Made by a program: the position numbers and the translations under genes
The notes under the pieces: model-generated
Databases searched by the model: none
Told to the model about the DNA's origin: nothing
Seen by the model: the letters and a program-made list of their open reading frames with translations, nothing else
Part shown: positions 32,904-45,345 of the stretch, one piece after another
Position numbering within the stretch: the first letter of the stretch is position 1
Layout: each line of letters opens with the position of its first letter
Source of the DNA: an uncultured Gemmatimonadaceae bacterium
GTDB taxonomy: Bacteria > Gemmatimonadota > Gemmatimonadetes > Gemmatimonadales > Gemmatimonadaceae
NCBI GenBank assembly: GCA_963829055.1
Contig: CAWHHI010000005.1
Span: 1-64,000 of the forward strand
Direction: 5' to 3'
DNA length: 64,000 nucleotides

Positions 32904-33600
32904 AGATCGCAGTCGGGACGATGGGCTCGGAAACGGCGCCCGGCATCGCAGCGGTGCCGGGGGTCGTGGAGCGCCTAGCGCGCCTGATCAGGGCTAGGGG
33001 CAGCTCCGGCGAAGCTACCGCGTGTCGACCCCAGTCACCTGGAAGCCCCGCGATGATGCACATCCTCGCCGGCTCGGCGACGAACGACGAAGCGAAGACG
33101 ACCTATCGTCAGGGATGGTCGGAAGACGTTGGCGTCACGTCTGCCCACACGTTCTTGCGGCCCGACCGAACCTGCCGTCGCCCAACCAAACCCGATCGCG
33201 ACCCGTCTGCTCGTCCTCCTCCGGCGTGCTCGCTGCTCCCTGCCCTCGCGCTTGGCGTCGCGTCGAGGATCGGCGCCCAGACCGTTGCCCCGGCCGCGGC
33301 ATACTCGTTCGTTACCTGCGCGGGCGGCTCCACGCATCGATGCGGGTCGTAGCCTGCGAGGTGCGGCGTTCGACTGACCGAGCTGGCTGATGAGACGATC
33401 GTCTGCTCGATGTCGTCGCCTCGCTGCCCACAGGCATTAGCAGCTCTTCACCTCCCAACGGTTCGGCAACGGCCCAATGAGCCGACGCACCATTTCGCCG
33501 TAACCTCAAAATATTCCGCCTGTTGCGGCGATCGCTGCCGTAGCCCAATGTAGGCCCCGTCCGGATGAGTCCGGCCGGCGATCACACCCCAGGAACTCGA

Positions 33601-36206
33601 ATGCCCGAACAGCTCGGCAGGCTGCGTGAAGGGTTGGCAGGACGGTACGAGCTCGAACGCGAGCTCGGGCGCGGCGGCATGGCCACCGTCTACCGCGCGC
33701 GCGACACGCAACACGACCGCCCCGTCGCCCTCAAGGTCCTCCACAGCGAGCTTGCCGAGTCGCTGGGCGCCGAGCGGTTCCAGCGGGAGATCCGGGTGGC
33801 GGCGAGCCTCCAGCATCCGCACATCCTGAGCGTCCACGACTCGGGGAGCACCGACGGGCACCTGTGGTTCACCATGCCTTTCGTCGAGGGCGAGTCGCTC
33901 CGCGACCGGCTCACGCGCGAGCGGCAGCTGCCCGTCGCCGACGCGCTGCGCATCACGCGCGAGGTGGCGCTCGCGCTCGACTACGCGCACCGCCACGGCG
34001 TCGTCCATCGGGACATCAAGCCCGAGAACATCCTGCTCACCGACGGGCAGGCCCTCGTCGCCGACTTCGGGATCGCGCGAGCGCTGGGCAGCGCCGGCGA
34101 GAACCTCACGAGCACCGGGACGATCATCGGCACCCCGGCGTACATGAGTCCGGAGCAGGCCGCCGGTGACCTCGCCATTGACGGCCGCACCGACATCTAT
34201 TCGTTAGGCTGCGTTCTCTACGAGATGCTGGCCGGCGAGCCGCCGTTCTCGGCTCCGACGGCTCAGGCGCTGATCGCGCGCGTGATGACCGAGTCGCCGC
34301 GCCCGCTGCACACCGTGCGATCCACGATCTCCCGGCAGCTCTCCGGCGCGGTCGAGCAGGCGATGGCGAAGTCGCCCGCCGATCGTCCCGCAACCGCGGC
34401 GGACTTCGCGCGCCTGCTCGAGTCGACCGCCACCATGCCCGCGGCCGCGTACGCCGCAGCGCCCCGGCGCATGTCGCGGTGGATGGCGTTAGGCGCGGCG
34501 GTCGTCGTCGTGGGCATCATTGGCGGCGCGCTGGGCGTTCTGTGGTCGCGGCAACATGCCGGGCGGCAGCGGCGAGCGCAAGGTCGCCGTGCTCCCGTTC
34601 GAGAACGCCGGGAGCGCGGACGATGAATACTTCGCCGACGGCATGACCGACGAGGTGCGAAGCCGGCTCTCGACCATTCGCGGTCTCCGCGTCACCGCGC
34701 GCACCAGCAGCGCGCAGTACCGCCGCTCCAAGAAGACAGCGCGTCAGATCGGGCGCGAGCTCGAGGTGCAGTATCTCCTGCAGGGGACCGTGCGGTGGAG
34801 CAAGACGAACGGCGTGAACCGCGTGCGGGTCACGCCTGAGCTGATCGATGTCTCGAACGAGGAGAGCCGGTGGAGCGCGCCGTACGACACCGTGATGTCC
34901 GACGTGTTCGCGGTCCAGGCCAGCATTGCGGCGAAGGTGGCCGAAGCGCTGAACGTGGCGCTGGCCCCGCCGGACCAGGCGCAGATCGCCGCGCGCCCGA
35001 CATCGAGCCTCGACGCGTACGACGAGTTCCTGAAAGGCGAGCAGATCACGAGCTCGTTCGGCAACAACGACCCGCCGACCCTGCTCAAGGGGTTGGGCCA
35101 CTACGAGCGCGCGGTTGCACTCGACAGCACGTTCGCGCGTGCGTGGAGCGCGATCGCCAGGACGCACGCGAGTCTTTCGACCCTCAATCCAACCAGAGAG
35201 TCCGTCGAGCGTGCACGCGTGGCAGCGGAGCGAGCGCTGCAGCTTGCGCCCGACCGTCCCGAGGGGCGGTTGGCAATGGGGTCCTACCTGCTCAGCATCA
35301 AGCTGGATTACGAGGGGGCGCGCCAGCAGTACGTCGAGGGATTGGCACACGACCCGAACAACGCGGATCTCCTCGGCGCGCTCGCGGGCGTGGAAAGAAC
35401 CGTCGGGAAGTTCGACGATGCGCTGACACACCTCAAACAGGCGGCGCTGTTGGACCCGAGATCGGTATCCATGGCCCGACGACTGGCCCGTGCGTACCAC
35501 GACCTGCGACGCTTCAAGGAGGAGCTGCCGGCGTGGGATCGCGCGCTCGCACTGGCGCCGGACAACCTTCCGATCATTCAGGCGAAGGCCATTGGATTCC
35601 TGGCGGTCGGCCAGCTCGATAGCGTCCACGCGCTCGTCCACGCCAAGCTCGCGATCGTCGATACGACGGCGCTGCTCGTCGCGGTTCTCGATGTTCCAGG
35701 AGATGATGTGGACGCTCCCGCCGGAGCTCTGGCCGAAGATTCTGCCGCTCACGGTCAAGGACTTTTCGGGCGACAAGGGACACTGGGGACTCAAGGTCGG
35801 GCACACGTACCTGCTGCTCGGCGACACGGTCCGGGGCCGCATGTTCGGCGACTCTGCGCGGGCGGATTTCGAGGCTCGGCTCAGGGAGTTCCCGGACCGC
35901 GCTCAGCTCCACGAGCTCCTCGGCCGCGCTCTCGCGTTAGGCGGGCACCGGGCCGAAGCGATCGCGGAGGCCGAGCGGTCGCTCGCGCTGCGCGAGACCT
36001 CGCTGGACGTGGGCCTCCGCCCGTACGTGCACTTCCAGGTCGCGCGCATCCTCGTGCAGAGCGGCGAGTACGACAAGGCGCTGGATCTCATCGAGCCGCT
36101 GGTCACCACCTACGCGTCCGATGTCACGCCGGACTACCTCCGGCTGGATCCAACGTTCAAGCCGCTGTACGGGAACGCGCGATTCCGGCGGTTGATCGGC
36201 AAGTAA
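33601..36206 (+). CDS. Ser/Thr kinase with TM, TolB-like domain and TPRs; frameshifts near 34550 and 35685
   Basis: LGRGGMATVY, HRDIKPEN, DFG, GTPAYMSPE; KVAVLPFEN..DEYFADGMTDE; TPRs; C-terminal LRLDPTFKPL. Confidence 0.92.
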
Positions 36207-36305
36207 GGCTGCGCAGGTGTGAACGCGCCGTCGAGTCCGACGTCCGCGCGCTGATCCCGAGTCTCCTGATGCCTCAACCGACGTAGTCGAAAGAGCTGAG
36301 GTCCG

Positions 36306-37169
36306 TCAGGCGGAAACGGTGGTTCGGAGCCCCGCGCGCTCGTCGATCGCCTCGCATTGGGTGAGTCGTCGCTCCGAGTCCGGGTCGTGGGACGGCAAAT
36401 AGACGAGGGGCCGCTCTGCCGCCAGCGAGAGGATTCGTGCGTGCGTCTCTTGTGTCACGCGCGGATCGGGACTCACGCCGTCGACTTTGCCGGCGAGCAG
36501 GAGTGATTGGTTGTAGCTCGTATCGCCGGCCAGGAAGAACGACACATCGCCGGACACGACGACGACCGAGACGTGGTGCGGCGTGTGGCCGGGTGTGGGC
36601 ACGACCACCACGTCGCCACGCTTCGTGAGCGACATCGATTCGTCGAATGGCCCGAGCGCTTGCGAGTCGAAGCGGATGAGCTCCGGCTGCCACCACTTCG
36701 GCCAACGATGTGGGAGGTAACCCTGCACTCGTCCGCCAACTCCGCCCGCGCGATCGAGCTCTCCACGCGCCACCCACACTCGGCTTCCCGTGATGTGCGC
36801 CAGACCGCCGGCATGGTCGGTGTGGAGATGGGTGAGCACGACGTGGCGAACATCTCTGGGTCCGATACCGAGCGCGCGAAGCTGCGGGCCGAGCTCCTCT
36901 TCGGGGTGAACGGAGAACTGCGCGGCGCGCCGGTAGAAGGGATGCCACCGCGGGTGGTATCCTCGCTCGTGCACGCGCGCGGTCTCGCCGGTGTCGACGA
37001 GGATGACACCCTCGTCGTGCTCGATCACCCAGACGTAGATCGGCAGCCACTCCGACCACTCCGGGTCGAACAGCATGTTCGACATTCGCCGGGCGCCGGT
37101 GCCGCGTGACTCCATCTGTGGTCGTCGGACCTTCACGAGTCCGGTGCTGATGGCGTGGATCGTCGTCAT
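36306..37169 (-). CDS. Metallo-beta-lactamase fold hydrolase, N-acyl homoserine lactonase family
   Basis: LVDTG, THLHTDHAGG (HxHxDH), TPGHTPHH, LAGD, PSHD. Confidence 0.85.
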   Translation of the reverse strand: MTTIHAISTGLVKVRRPQMESRGTGARRMSNMLFDPEWSEWLPIYVWVIEHDEGVILVDTGETARVHERGYHPRWHPFYRRAAQFSVHPEEELGPQLRALGIGPRDVRHVVLTHLHTDHAGGLAHITGSRVWVARGELDRAGGVGGRVQGYLPHRWPKWWQPELIRFDSQALGPFDESMSLTKRGDVVVVPTPGHTPHHVSVVVVSGDVSFFLAGDTSYNQSLLLAGKVDGVSPDPRVTQETHARILSLAAERPLVYLPSHDPDSERRLTQCEAIDERAGLRTTVSA

Positions 37170-37229
37170 GTTCGGAATCTCCAATGTGTGCCAACTACGA
37201 CGCGCGAGAGGCGAGGCCCGGCCGGGCAA

Positions 37230-37247
37230 CGTACCGTTCACGGTACG
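37230..37247. promoter_or_regulatory. Perfect palindrome, probable repressor operator
   Basis: CGTACCGT-tc-ACGGTACG, about 60 bp upstream of the lactonase-family gene. Confidence 0.6.
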
Positions 37248-37416
37248 AATGTCTCGGAGGCGTCCGGGGATTCGGGTTGGCTATGTAAACGCAGGCCGGG
37301 CTGCAAAGCGGCCAGCGGCCTGACCGCCGAGTGGCTCGTTTGCGGGCTGGACTCCGCGTTACGGAGATGCGGGCGGTAAACCGCTCCCCGCGTTGACCAT
37401 CGTCTCCGAGGATCCC

Positions 37417-38755
37417 ATGTCCCCAATGTCGCCCGTGCGCCCTCGACGGCGCCTCCCCCTCGCGTTCGGCGTCCTCACCACGCTCACCGTCGCCTGCAGC
37501 GACCCGAACGCTCCGGTCGTGCCGCGCGTGGGTGGCGCAGCACATCCGGACTTCACCGCCGCCATACTCGTGACGAATACCAACGACGACGGGCCTGGCT
37601 CGCTTCGACAGACAATCGCCGACGCTCCCGACGGCGCGCTGATTCAGTTCGCACCCGAGATCGCCGGGCAGACGATCGTGGTGTCCGACGCGATCTCGAT
37701 CGATCAGTCGTTGACTGTCGAGGGGCCGATCCCGCAGGGCATCACGGTGAGCGGTGGTCTCAAACACTTCGTCTTTAGCGTGAACGGCAGCAGCGTGACG
37801 ATTCGGAACCTTTCGATCGTGAATGGGCGGGGTGACTACGGAGGGATTCACGGGGCGGGACGCCTGACGCTGGAGAACACACTCGTCGCGAACAACGAGG
37901 GCACGCTCAGACGGGGGCGGCATCGCATTCGACGGCGACCACCTCAGTCTGATCAACAGCACCGTGACCGGGAACGTGGGTGGCGGAGTCGTCGCTATTG
38001 CCAGCGGAGTCACGATCCGGAACACGACGATCACGGGAAATTCCGGGGGCGGCCTCGTCGCGAGCCACGCCGGTGTCGTGCTGCGGAACTCCATCATCGC
38101 CAACAACACCGACGATGGAAGCAGCCCGCCACGCACCAACTGCCTCATGCTCGAGGGAGCGAGCGTGACGTTCATCGGCCTCAACGTATCGAGCGATGCG
38201 AGCTGCGGAACGGACCCGGCCCTGCTCATCGCCGACCCGAAGCTCGGTCCGCTCGCGAACAATGGCGGCCCGACGAGGACACACGCGCTGCTGCTCGGCA
38301 GCCCCGCGATCGATGCGGGCTCGCTCTGCACGGAGACGATCGATCAGCGGTACGTCACCCGCGACAAGGGATTGTCGTGCGACCTCGGCGCCTTCGAATT
38401 CGAGAGCTTCGCGCCGCTCGGCCTCACGGTCGGACCTAACGTGGCGGCGAATCCAAAGACGGGGGCGGTGACCGTGAGCGGGACGGTCACGTGTGCCGTT
38501 CCGACGTCCGTCGCGCTGAACGTCGCGCTGAGTCAGACCCAGAAGGTCACGGGCCGCTTCTCCACCATCGTCCAGGCCGCGGCGACGACGAACGTCAACT
38601 GCACGGGAACCTCATCGTGGACGGCCGTGCTCACGCCGGCTTCGGGCAAGTTCGAAGTCGGGGAGGCGACGACCACGGCGAGCACGGCGACCGTCACGGG
38701 GGGCTTCCTGCCCGCCACGGTGGCCGCACCGGTCAAAGTGTTCACCGCGAAGTAG
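37417..38755 (+). CDS. Lipoprotein with parallel beta-helix / choice-of-anchor Q-like domain; frameshift near 37910
   Basis: LTVA-C SDPNAP; VTNTNDDGPGSLRQTI; STVTGN/NSIIANN repeats; DPKLGPLANNGGPTRTHALLLGSPAIDAG..DQR..CDLGAFE. Confidence 0.85.
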
Positions 38756-38897
38756 GTTGCGCGCCGCCATGACCGCGGTCATGTTCGGTTCCCGCGCTCG
38801 CCGATCTCATCGGCCGCGCGGGAACCCCGGCGTTCATCCGCACCTGCCAACCACGCCGAGGGGCATCGGAAGACGTCCCGGGATGGAGTCGGAGTGG

Positions 38898-39467
38898 ATG
38901 GCGGACGAGCAGCTCCCCGCGACCGATCTGCTGTTGCGTGCCGGCGCCGGCGAGGCGGCCGCCGTGGCCAGCATGTTCCCGCTGGTCTATGAAGAGCTCC
39001 GCCGCCTCGCGCACCGACACCTGTCCCGGGAGCCGACCGGCCGCACGTTAGGCACGACCGAGCTCGTACACGAGGCGTACCTGCGCCTGATCGACCAGAC
39101 GCGCGTCCAGTGGACCGGCCGCGCGCACTTCATGGGCGTCGCCGCGACGGCCATGCGTCGCATTCTGGTGGATCGAGCGCGAGCCCGGCGAAGCCTCAAG
39201 CGCGGCGGGGCGCTCGCTCCCGTGTCTCTCGACGTACTCGACCTCGGTACCGACGAACGCGCGGACCTGCTCGTCGCGCTCGACGAGGCGCTCGACCGCC
39301 TCCGTGAGCTCGACGCGCGGCAGGCGCGCGTGGTCGAGTGCCGCTTCTTCGGCGGCATGACCGAGGAAGAAACGGCGGAGGCACTCGGCATTGGGCTTCG
39401 CACGGCCAAGCGGGATTGGGCGAAGGCGAAGAGCTGGCTTTTCCGCGAGATCTTCGACCAGGAATGA
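38898..39467 (+). CDS. ECF sigma-70 factor (TIGR02999-like)
   Basis: VYEELRRLA, TTELVHEAYLRL, MRRILVDRAR, VVECRFFGGM...AKRDWAKAKSWL. Confidence 0.93.
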   Translation: MADEQLPATDLLLRAGAGEAAAVASMFPLVYEELRRLAHRHLSREPTGRTLGTTELVHEAYLRLIDQTRVQWTGRAHFMGVAATAMRRILVDRARARRSLKRGGALAPVSLDVLDLGTDERADLLVALDEALDRLRELDARQARVVECRFFGGMTEEETAEALGIGLRTAKRDWAKAKSWLFREIFDQE

Positions 39468-39473
39468 CGTGAC

Positions 39474-42191
39474 GTGAGCCATCCCTCGCGCGAGCGCTTT
39501 CGGGAGATCGACGCGATCTTCGACGCCGCCCTCGACCTCGCACCTGACGAGCGCGACGCGTTCATCACGCAGCGCTGTGGCGATGACGTCGGCCTCCGCG
39601 CCGAAGTACGAGCACTCCTGGACGCGCATACCAGGTCGGGCGACTTCCTCGAGGCACCGGCGGTGCAGATCGGCGCGGCGCTGCTGGAAGAGCCCTCCAC
39701 CCCCGACCAGCCGGTGGCGCCCGTGCGCGCCGGCCCATTCCGCATCGTGCGCGAGATCGGTCGCGGCGGCATGGGCGTCGTGTACCTGGCGGCTCGCGCC
39801 GGAGCGGAGTTCGAGCAGCGCGTCGCCCTCAAGGTGATCCGACAGGCGAACCGAGGGGCGGACGTGGTCCGGCGCTTTCTCGAGGAACGCCGCATCCTCG
39901 CGCTGCTCGAGCATCCCGGCATCGCCCGCCTCATCGACGGCGGCGTGACGGACCAGGGGGACCCGTATTTCGCGATGGAGCTCGTCGACGGCGAACCGAT
40001 CGATACGTACTGCAACTCGCGGCAGCTGGCGATCGAGCAACGCCTCGACGTGTTCGGCGCGGTGTGCGACGCCGTGCAGTATGCCCACGAGCATCTCGTC
40101 ATCCATCGCGACCTCAAGCCCTCGAACATTCTCGTCCGCAGCGACGGGCAGCTCAAGCTGCTCGACTTCGGAATCGCGAAGCTGCTCGATCCGCTCCGCA
40201 GCGATGGCGGCCACGAGACGCAGACCGGGCTGATCGCGTTGACGCCGGAGTATGCCGCGCCGGAACAGGTCCGCGGCAAGCCGGTGAGCACCGCGACGGA
40301 CACGTATGCGTTAGGCGTGCTCCTCTACGTGCTGCTCGCCGGCCGGCGCCCCTACGACGTGCGGGGTCGAACACCGAGCGACGTGGAGCACATCGTCTGC
40401 GAGCTCGAGCCGCCGCGTCCATCGCTCGTGGCGCCGGAGAATGTACGTCGCCGGTTGGCCGGCGATCTCGATCTCATCGTGATGAAGGCGCTGCGCAAGG
40501 ATCCGGCACGCCGGTACCCATCGGCCGCGGCCCTCCACGACGACCTGCGGCGCTATCGCCGTGGGCTTCCCGTGCTCGCGCGACCGGACAGCGCGCGCTA
40601 CCGACTCACCAAGTTCGCGCGCCGACACCGAACCGGCGTCGCGGCAGCAACGGTGACGCTCGCCACGCTCATCGGCGCGACCGTGTTCTCCGCGACGCAG
40701 ATGCGTGAGGCAGAGCGGCAGCGCGACGCCGCGCTGCGCGAAGTCGAACGGCAGCAGGCGATGGTGCAGGTGCAGAACGTGCTCGCCGGCGATGCGCGCG
40801 ACTCGCTTGGCCGTCCGCTGTCCGCCGAGCGGCGAATCGGTCTCGCCGAACAGGTGCTGTCGCGTCAGTTTCGCGGTGAGCCGTGGCTCGTCACGGATGT
40901 TCTGCTCGGGCTCGCGTCCCGCCTCTACGACCTCGGTGAGCGGCGATCACAGCGAGCGATGCTGTCGCGTGCCCGCGGCGTCGCGCGCGCCGCGAACCTG
41001 CCGACCGAGATCGCGCTCGTGGATTGTATGCGCACGTCGAGCCTCGTGTACGACGACCAGCTCGACTCCGCTCGCGCAGATCTCGCGGAGGCCCAGGCGG
41101 CGCTCGCCCGGCCCGGCACGCGAACGGATCTCGCGAGCGCCATGTGTCTCGATGCGGAGGGTCGACTGCGTGAGGCCGAAGGCAACCCCGACTCCGCGGT
41201 CGCGCTGCTGCGGCGTGCGGTCGACCTCACGCGCACGGGCGGCGCGGGCGCCCTGCGGCTTCAAATGACCGTCGCGCTCGGAACCGCGCTGCGCTCGACC
41301 GGGCACGTGCGCGAGGCCAGCACGTACTATCGCCAAAGCGTCATCGATCTCGACTCGACAGGATATCGGGGGACCGACATCCTGCCTAACGTCGTCACGT
41401 TTCTCACGTCGGCGCTCAACGAGCTCGGAGAGATCGCGAGCATGGATTCGCTCGTTGCGGCGTCGATCGAGAACATGGCGGCAGTGCACGGTCAGCACGC
41501 GAGCGGACAGCTCAACTTTTTACGCGGACTGGCCAAGCTGCGTCTCGGCGAGCTGGATTCCGCCGAGGTCTGGATCGTGCGAGCCATGCGCGACACGACC
41601 GAGGGCGCGGGTGGTCTCGCCGCGTACCTTCCACCGGCGATCACGCAGCTGCGTCTCGAGCAGGGGCGTCTCGCCGAGGCGAGGACGAGTCTCGCCACAC
41701 TGCCGTCCGGTACGCTGGTTCGCCGTATCAATCGAGTGTGGTTCACGGCGCGGCTTCGTCATGCCGAAGGTGATACCAGGGGTGGCTCGAGCATGCTCGA
41801 GGACTCGCTGAGAGCGATCGCGGCGGAGGCACCGAGGACCACGGCGCCGCTGGCGCTGCCGTTCGTGACGGCAGCGGAGTGGCGACTCGAGGCCGGGGAT
41901 GCACGCGGTGCCGACTCGCTGGCACGGCTCGGCCGGACGGCAGGCGCGATCGACTCGATCGCCTTCGAGCGCAGTGGATACGTCGGACGCGCGGAGCTCG
42001 TGCGCGCTCGGGCGCTGGTTCGGTTGGGACAGACGCAGGAGGCACGACGTGCGGCAGAGCGTGCGCTCGTTGCCCTGACGAATGGCTTCGGCGCGGCCAA
42101 TCGGTGGACCCTCGAGGCCGGCGCTATGGCGCGCCTCGGCTCGCGTCAGTCCACGCCGGACACCTCGGGCCCGCCTGCGCCTGACCGCTAG
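39474..42191 (+). CDS. Ser/Thr kinase with TM and TPR-like tail, coupled to the ECF
   Basis: IGRGGMGVVY, HRDLKPSN, LLDFG, LTPEYAAPE, DTYALG. Confidence 0.93.
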   Translation: MSHPSRERFREIDAIFDAALDLAPDERDAFITQRCGDDVGLRAEVRALLDAHTRSGDFLEAPAVQIGAALLEEPSTPDQPVAPVRAGPFRIVREIGRGGMGVVYLAARAGAEFEQRVALKVIRQANRGADVVRRFLEERRILALLEHPGIARLIDGGVTDQGDPYFAMELVDGEPIDTYCNSRQLAIEQRLDVFGAVCDAVQYAHEHLVIHRDLKPSNILVRSDGQLKLLDFGIAKLLDPLRSDGGHETQTGLIALTPEYAAPEQVRGKPVSTATDTYALGVLLYVLLAGRRPYDVRGRTPSDVEHIVCELEPPRPSLVAPENVRRRLAGDLDLIVMKALRKDPARRYPSAAALHDDLRRYRRGLPVLARPDSARYRLTKFARRHRTGVAAATVTLATLIGATVFSATQMREAERQRDAALREVERQQAMVQVQNVLAGDARDSLGRPLSAERRIGLAEQVLSRQFRGEPWLVTDVLLGLASRLYDLGERRSQRAMLSRARGVARAANLPTEIALVDCMRTSSLVYDDQLDSARADLAEAQAALARPGTRTDLASAMCLDAEGRLREAEGNPDSAVALLRRAVDLTRTGGAGALRLQMTVALGTALRSTGHVREASTYYRQSVIDLDSTGYRGTDILPNVVTFLTSALNELGEIASMDSLVAASIENMAAVHGQHASGQLNFLRGLAKLRLGELDSAEVWIVRAMRDTTEGAGGLAAYLPPAITQLRLEQGRLAEARTSLATLPSGTLVRRINRVWFTARLRHAEGDTRGGSSMLEDSLRAIAAEAPRTTAPLALPFVTAAEWRLEAGDARGADSLARLGRTAGAIDSIAFERSGYVGRAELVRARALVRLGQTQEARRAAERALVALTNGFGAANRWTLEAGAMARLGSRQSTPDTSGPPAPDR

Positions 42192-42289
42192 CGGGTGGGC
42201 CACTGATGTACTGTGTCATGTTTCGGCGCACGACGTCCTGCGGAGACGGCTCCGGCATTCGGGTGCGCGTATACGACGGGTGGCGCGGT

Positions 42290-42386
42290 GACATTCCGCT
42301 CACCCGCCAACCAGCACCCGGGTCCAGGTCCCGCGCTCGTTCGACCGGAGTTTCTCATCGAGGTCGAAGCGCTGGCGTTTCGCTGA
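42290..42386 (+). pseudogene. C-terminal remnant of a RidA-family protein
   Basis: PPTSTRVQVP / LVRPEFLIEVEALAFR* across an indel. Confidence 0.55.
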
Positions 42387-42455
42387 TAGCTTCCAGTCAC
42401 GACCATCAGTGAGCTACGCGCGCACCGCGTTTCCCCTCCGCCGGACCGCCCCGCC

Positions 42456-44583
42456 ATGTCATTTACTCGCTCGCTGTTCATTGCTTTGTCGCTCATCGCG
42501 ACCGCATCCACCGTCGCCACGGCACAGCAGCGCTTCACGCTCGAGCAGGTCATGAGCGCGCCGTTCGCGAGCGACCTCGTCGCCGCGCGGCGCGGCAGCT
42601 CCGTCGCATGGATCGTCAACCAGCGCGGCACGCGCAACGTCTGGGTCGCGAGCGGACCATCGTGGCAAGGACGCCAGCTCACGAGCTACCGCGATGACGA
42701 CGGTCAGGAGATCGGCAACCTGACGTTCACGCCCGACGGCAGGTCCGTCGTGTACGTGCGCGGCGGCGGCGCGAACGGCGCCGGCGAGCGACCGAACCCC
42801 GCACTCCTTCCCGGTGGCGCGGAGGAGGCGATCTGGATGCTTGCGCTCGACGGCGGTGCGCCGCGCAAGATCGCCGACGGCTCGTCGCCATCGCTCTCGC
42901 CAAGTGGCGACTCGATCGCGTTCACGCGCGCGGGGCAAATCTGGATCGCGCCGACCTCGCCGGAGGCGAAGGCGGCGGAGCTCACGCAAGCTCCGCGGCG
43001 GGTCATCGAACCTTCGCTGGTCGCCCGACGGGAAGCGTCTCGCGTTCGTGAGCAATCGCCAGCGCCACAGCTTCGTCGGCGTCTGGGACTTCGCATCGAG
43101 ATCGCTCCGCTACGTGGACCCGAGCACGGATCAGGACGCCGCGCCGGTCTGGTCGCCCGACGGCAAGTCGCTCGCGTTCATGCGCACGCCGTCGCAGGTG
43201 TCGGATCTCATCTTCGTTCCCGAGCGCGAGAGCCCGATCCCGTGGTCCATCCGCGTTGCAGACCCGAGCACCGGCACGTCACGCGAGGTGTGGCACGCGA
43301 AGAAGGGGCGCGGCAGCGTCTTCCGCGAGATCGTGGCCGACGATCAGCTGTTCTGGTCGCCTAACGGGGACCGGATCGCGTTCCCGTGGGAGGCAGACGG
43401 GTGGACCCACCTCTACTCGGTGCCGACGACCGGCGGCTCGGCGCAGCTGCTCACGCCCGGCGCGTTCGAGGTCGAGCACGTCAGCCCGACGCCCGATGGG
43501 CGTGCGCTCGTCTATGCATCCAATGAAGGCGACATCGACCGGCGTCACGTCTGGAAGGTGCCGGTCGACGGCTCGGCGAAGCCATCGGCGCTCACGAGCG
43601 GGCAAGGGCTCGAGTGGGGGCCGGTCATCACGGCCGACGGCCAGACGACGCTCGTCCTCCACTCCGACCCGCGTCTGCCGGCCCGCGTCGCGATAGCGGA
43701 CGGCCGGGCGCTCCGTGACCTGGCACCGACCGGGATACCTAACGACTTTCCCGCGACCGCCCTGGTCGAGCCCACGCAGGTCATCCTCCACGCGGCCGAC
43801 GGGACGACCGTTCACGCGCAGCTGTTCCTCCCGCCTAACGCCAAGCCGGGCGAGCGGCACCCCGCCGCGATCTTCTTCCACGGCGGCTCGCGACGCCAGA
43901 TGCTGCTCGGCTGGCACTACATGTACTACTACGCCAACTCGTACGCGATGAATCAGTACCTCGCGAATCACGGCTACGTGGTCCTGGCCGTGAACTACCG
44001 CAGCGGCATCGGCTACGGACTCGACTTCCGCGAGGCGCTCAAGTACGGCGCCGCCGGCGCGAGCGAGTACCAGGACGTCGTGGCCGCCGGGAAGTACATG
44101 CGTGCCCGCGCCGATGTCGATCCGAGCCGGGTGGCGCTGTGGGGCGGATCGTACGGCGGGTACCTCACGGCGATGGGACTCGCGCACAACTCGGACATGT
44201 TCGCCGCCGGCGTGGACATCCATGGCGTGCACGACTGGAACTCGGAGATCCCGAACTTCGTGCCGGCGTACGACTCGCTGCATTACGCGACGGAGTCCGC
44301 GATCGCGTATCGCGCGTCACCGCTCTCGGCCATCGCCGGATGGCGCTCGCCGGTGCTGCTCATTCACGGCGACGACGACCGCAACGTCCCGTTCACGGAG
44401 TCGATCACGCTCGCGTACGAGCTGCGGAAGCGGAACGTCCCGGTGGAGGAGCTCATCTTCCCCGACGAGGTGCACGACTTCCTGCTGTGGAAGAACTGGC
44501 TGAGCGCGTACAAGGCAGCGGACGACTTTCTCGGACGGCGCCTGAAGGCTGGCTCCACGGCGGCGACGACGAATTCGCGTTAG
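42456..44583 (+). CDS. S9 family peptidase (PD40 propeller + prolyl oligopeptidase domain); frameshift near 42990
   Basis: Signal peptide; WSPDG repeats; HGG, NYRSG, WGGSYGG, HGDDDRNV, DEVH. Confidence 0.93.
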
Positions 44584-44688
44584 GTGTGTACCTCTACCGA
44601 GGATCGTCGCCGGTGGGATGCCCGCGTATGCTTCGTCGACGCCTGAGACCCTGAAGTCGAGAGCTGAGTTGGGGCTCGTGCTTTATCC

Positions 44689-45072
44689 GTGGATGGAGAC
44701 GTCTATGCCGCCGCCAGCCTGACGGCCTACATGCTCCAGGACTGGGTGGCGACGACGGACGAGCTGTTCGCGGCCGGCGCGACGTTCACGCTCCTGGCCT
44801 GGGCGTTCGCGTACGCCTACGTCGCGTGCCAGGGGATCTTCCCGGAGAGCTTCAGCGCGCCTCGCGACCTGCAGGCGCCGCGCACGTGGGTGGAGCTGCT
44901 CTTCCTGAGCGTTGCGGTGCTGTCGAGCGTCGGGTTGAGCGACATCCTGCCGGTCACGCCGCAGGCGCGGTCACTCGTCATGCTCGAGTCGATCGCCGGC
45001 GTGATGTACATCGCGCTCGTCGTGTCGCGCGTGGTCGGGCTGACGTTGGCGGAGCGGAAGAGGCGACCCTAG
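44689..45072 (+). pseudogene. C-terminal part of a two-pore/Ion_trans_2 type channel
   Basis: TTDELFAAGATF..WVELLFLSVAVLSSVGLSDILP..IAGVMYIALVVSR; N-terminal helices missing. Confidence 0.6.
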
Positions 45073-45345
45073 ACCAGACCCCCGACCGCGGGCTCCAGTA
45101 TTCGTCCTGCAGAAGAATCGGCGATGACCCCGCGCACGCTCGCGATACTACCACGGCGACATCGCGTCGCGTCTGCTGAGCGGAGCGTTGGTCACCCTGC
45201 TCGCCGCCTGCGGTGGAAAAAAAGGTCCAATCCGATCGGTTCGGACGACTCATTCTCTCGACGTACCGAGTTTCCGGTCGTTCACCGTCACGATCCCGGT
45301 CACCGACCGGTCCGGCAACGACCAACTCTCGATAGCGGGGCTTCC

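Noticed and set aside
31190..33352. 720-aa plus-strand ORF and other long antisense ORFs (e.g. 10288..11820, 34517..35842)
   Set aside because: Arg/Ala/Pro-rich shadow frames typical of high-GC DNA, overlapping recognisable genes.
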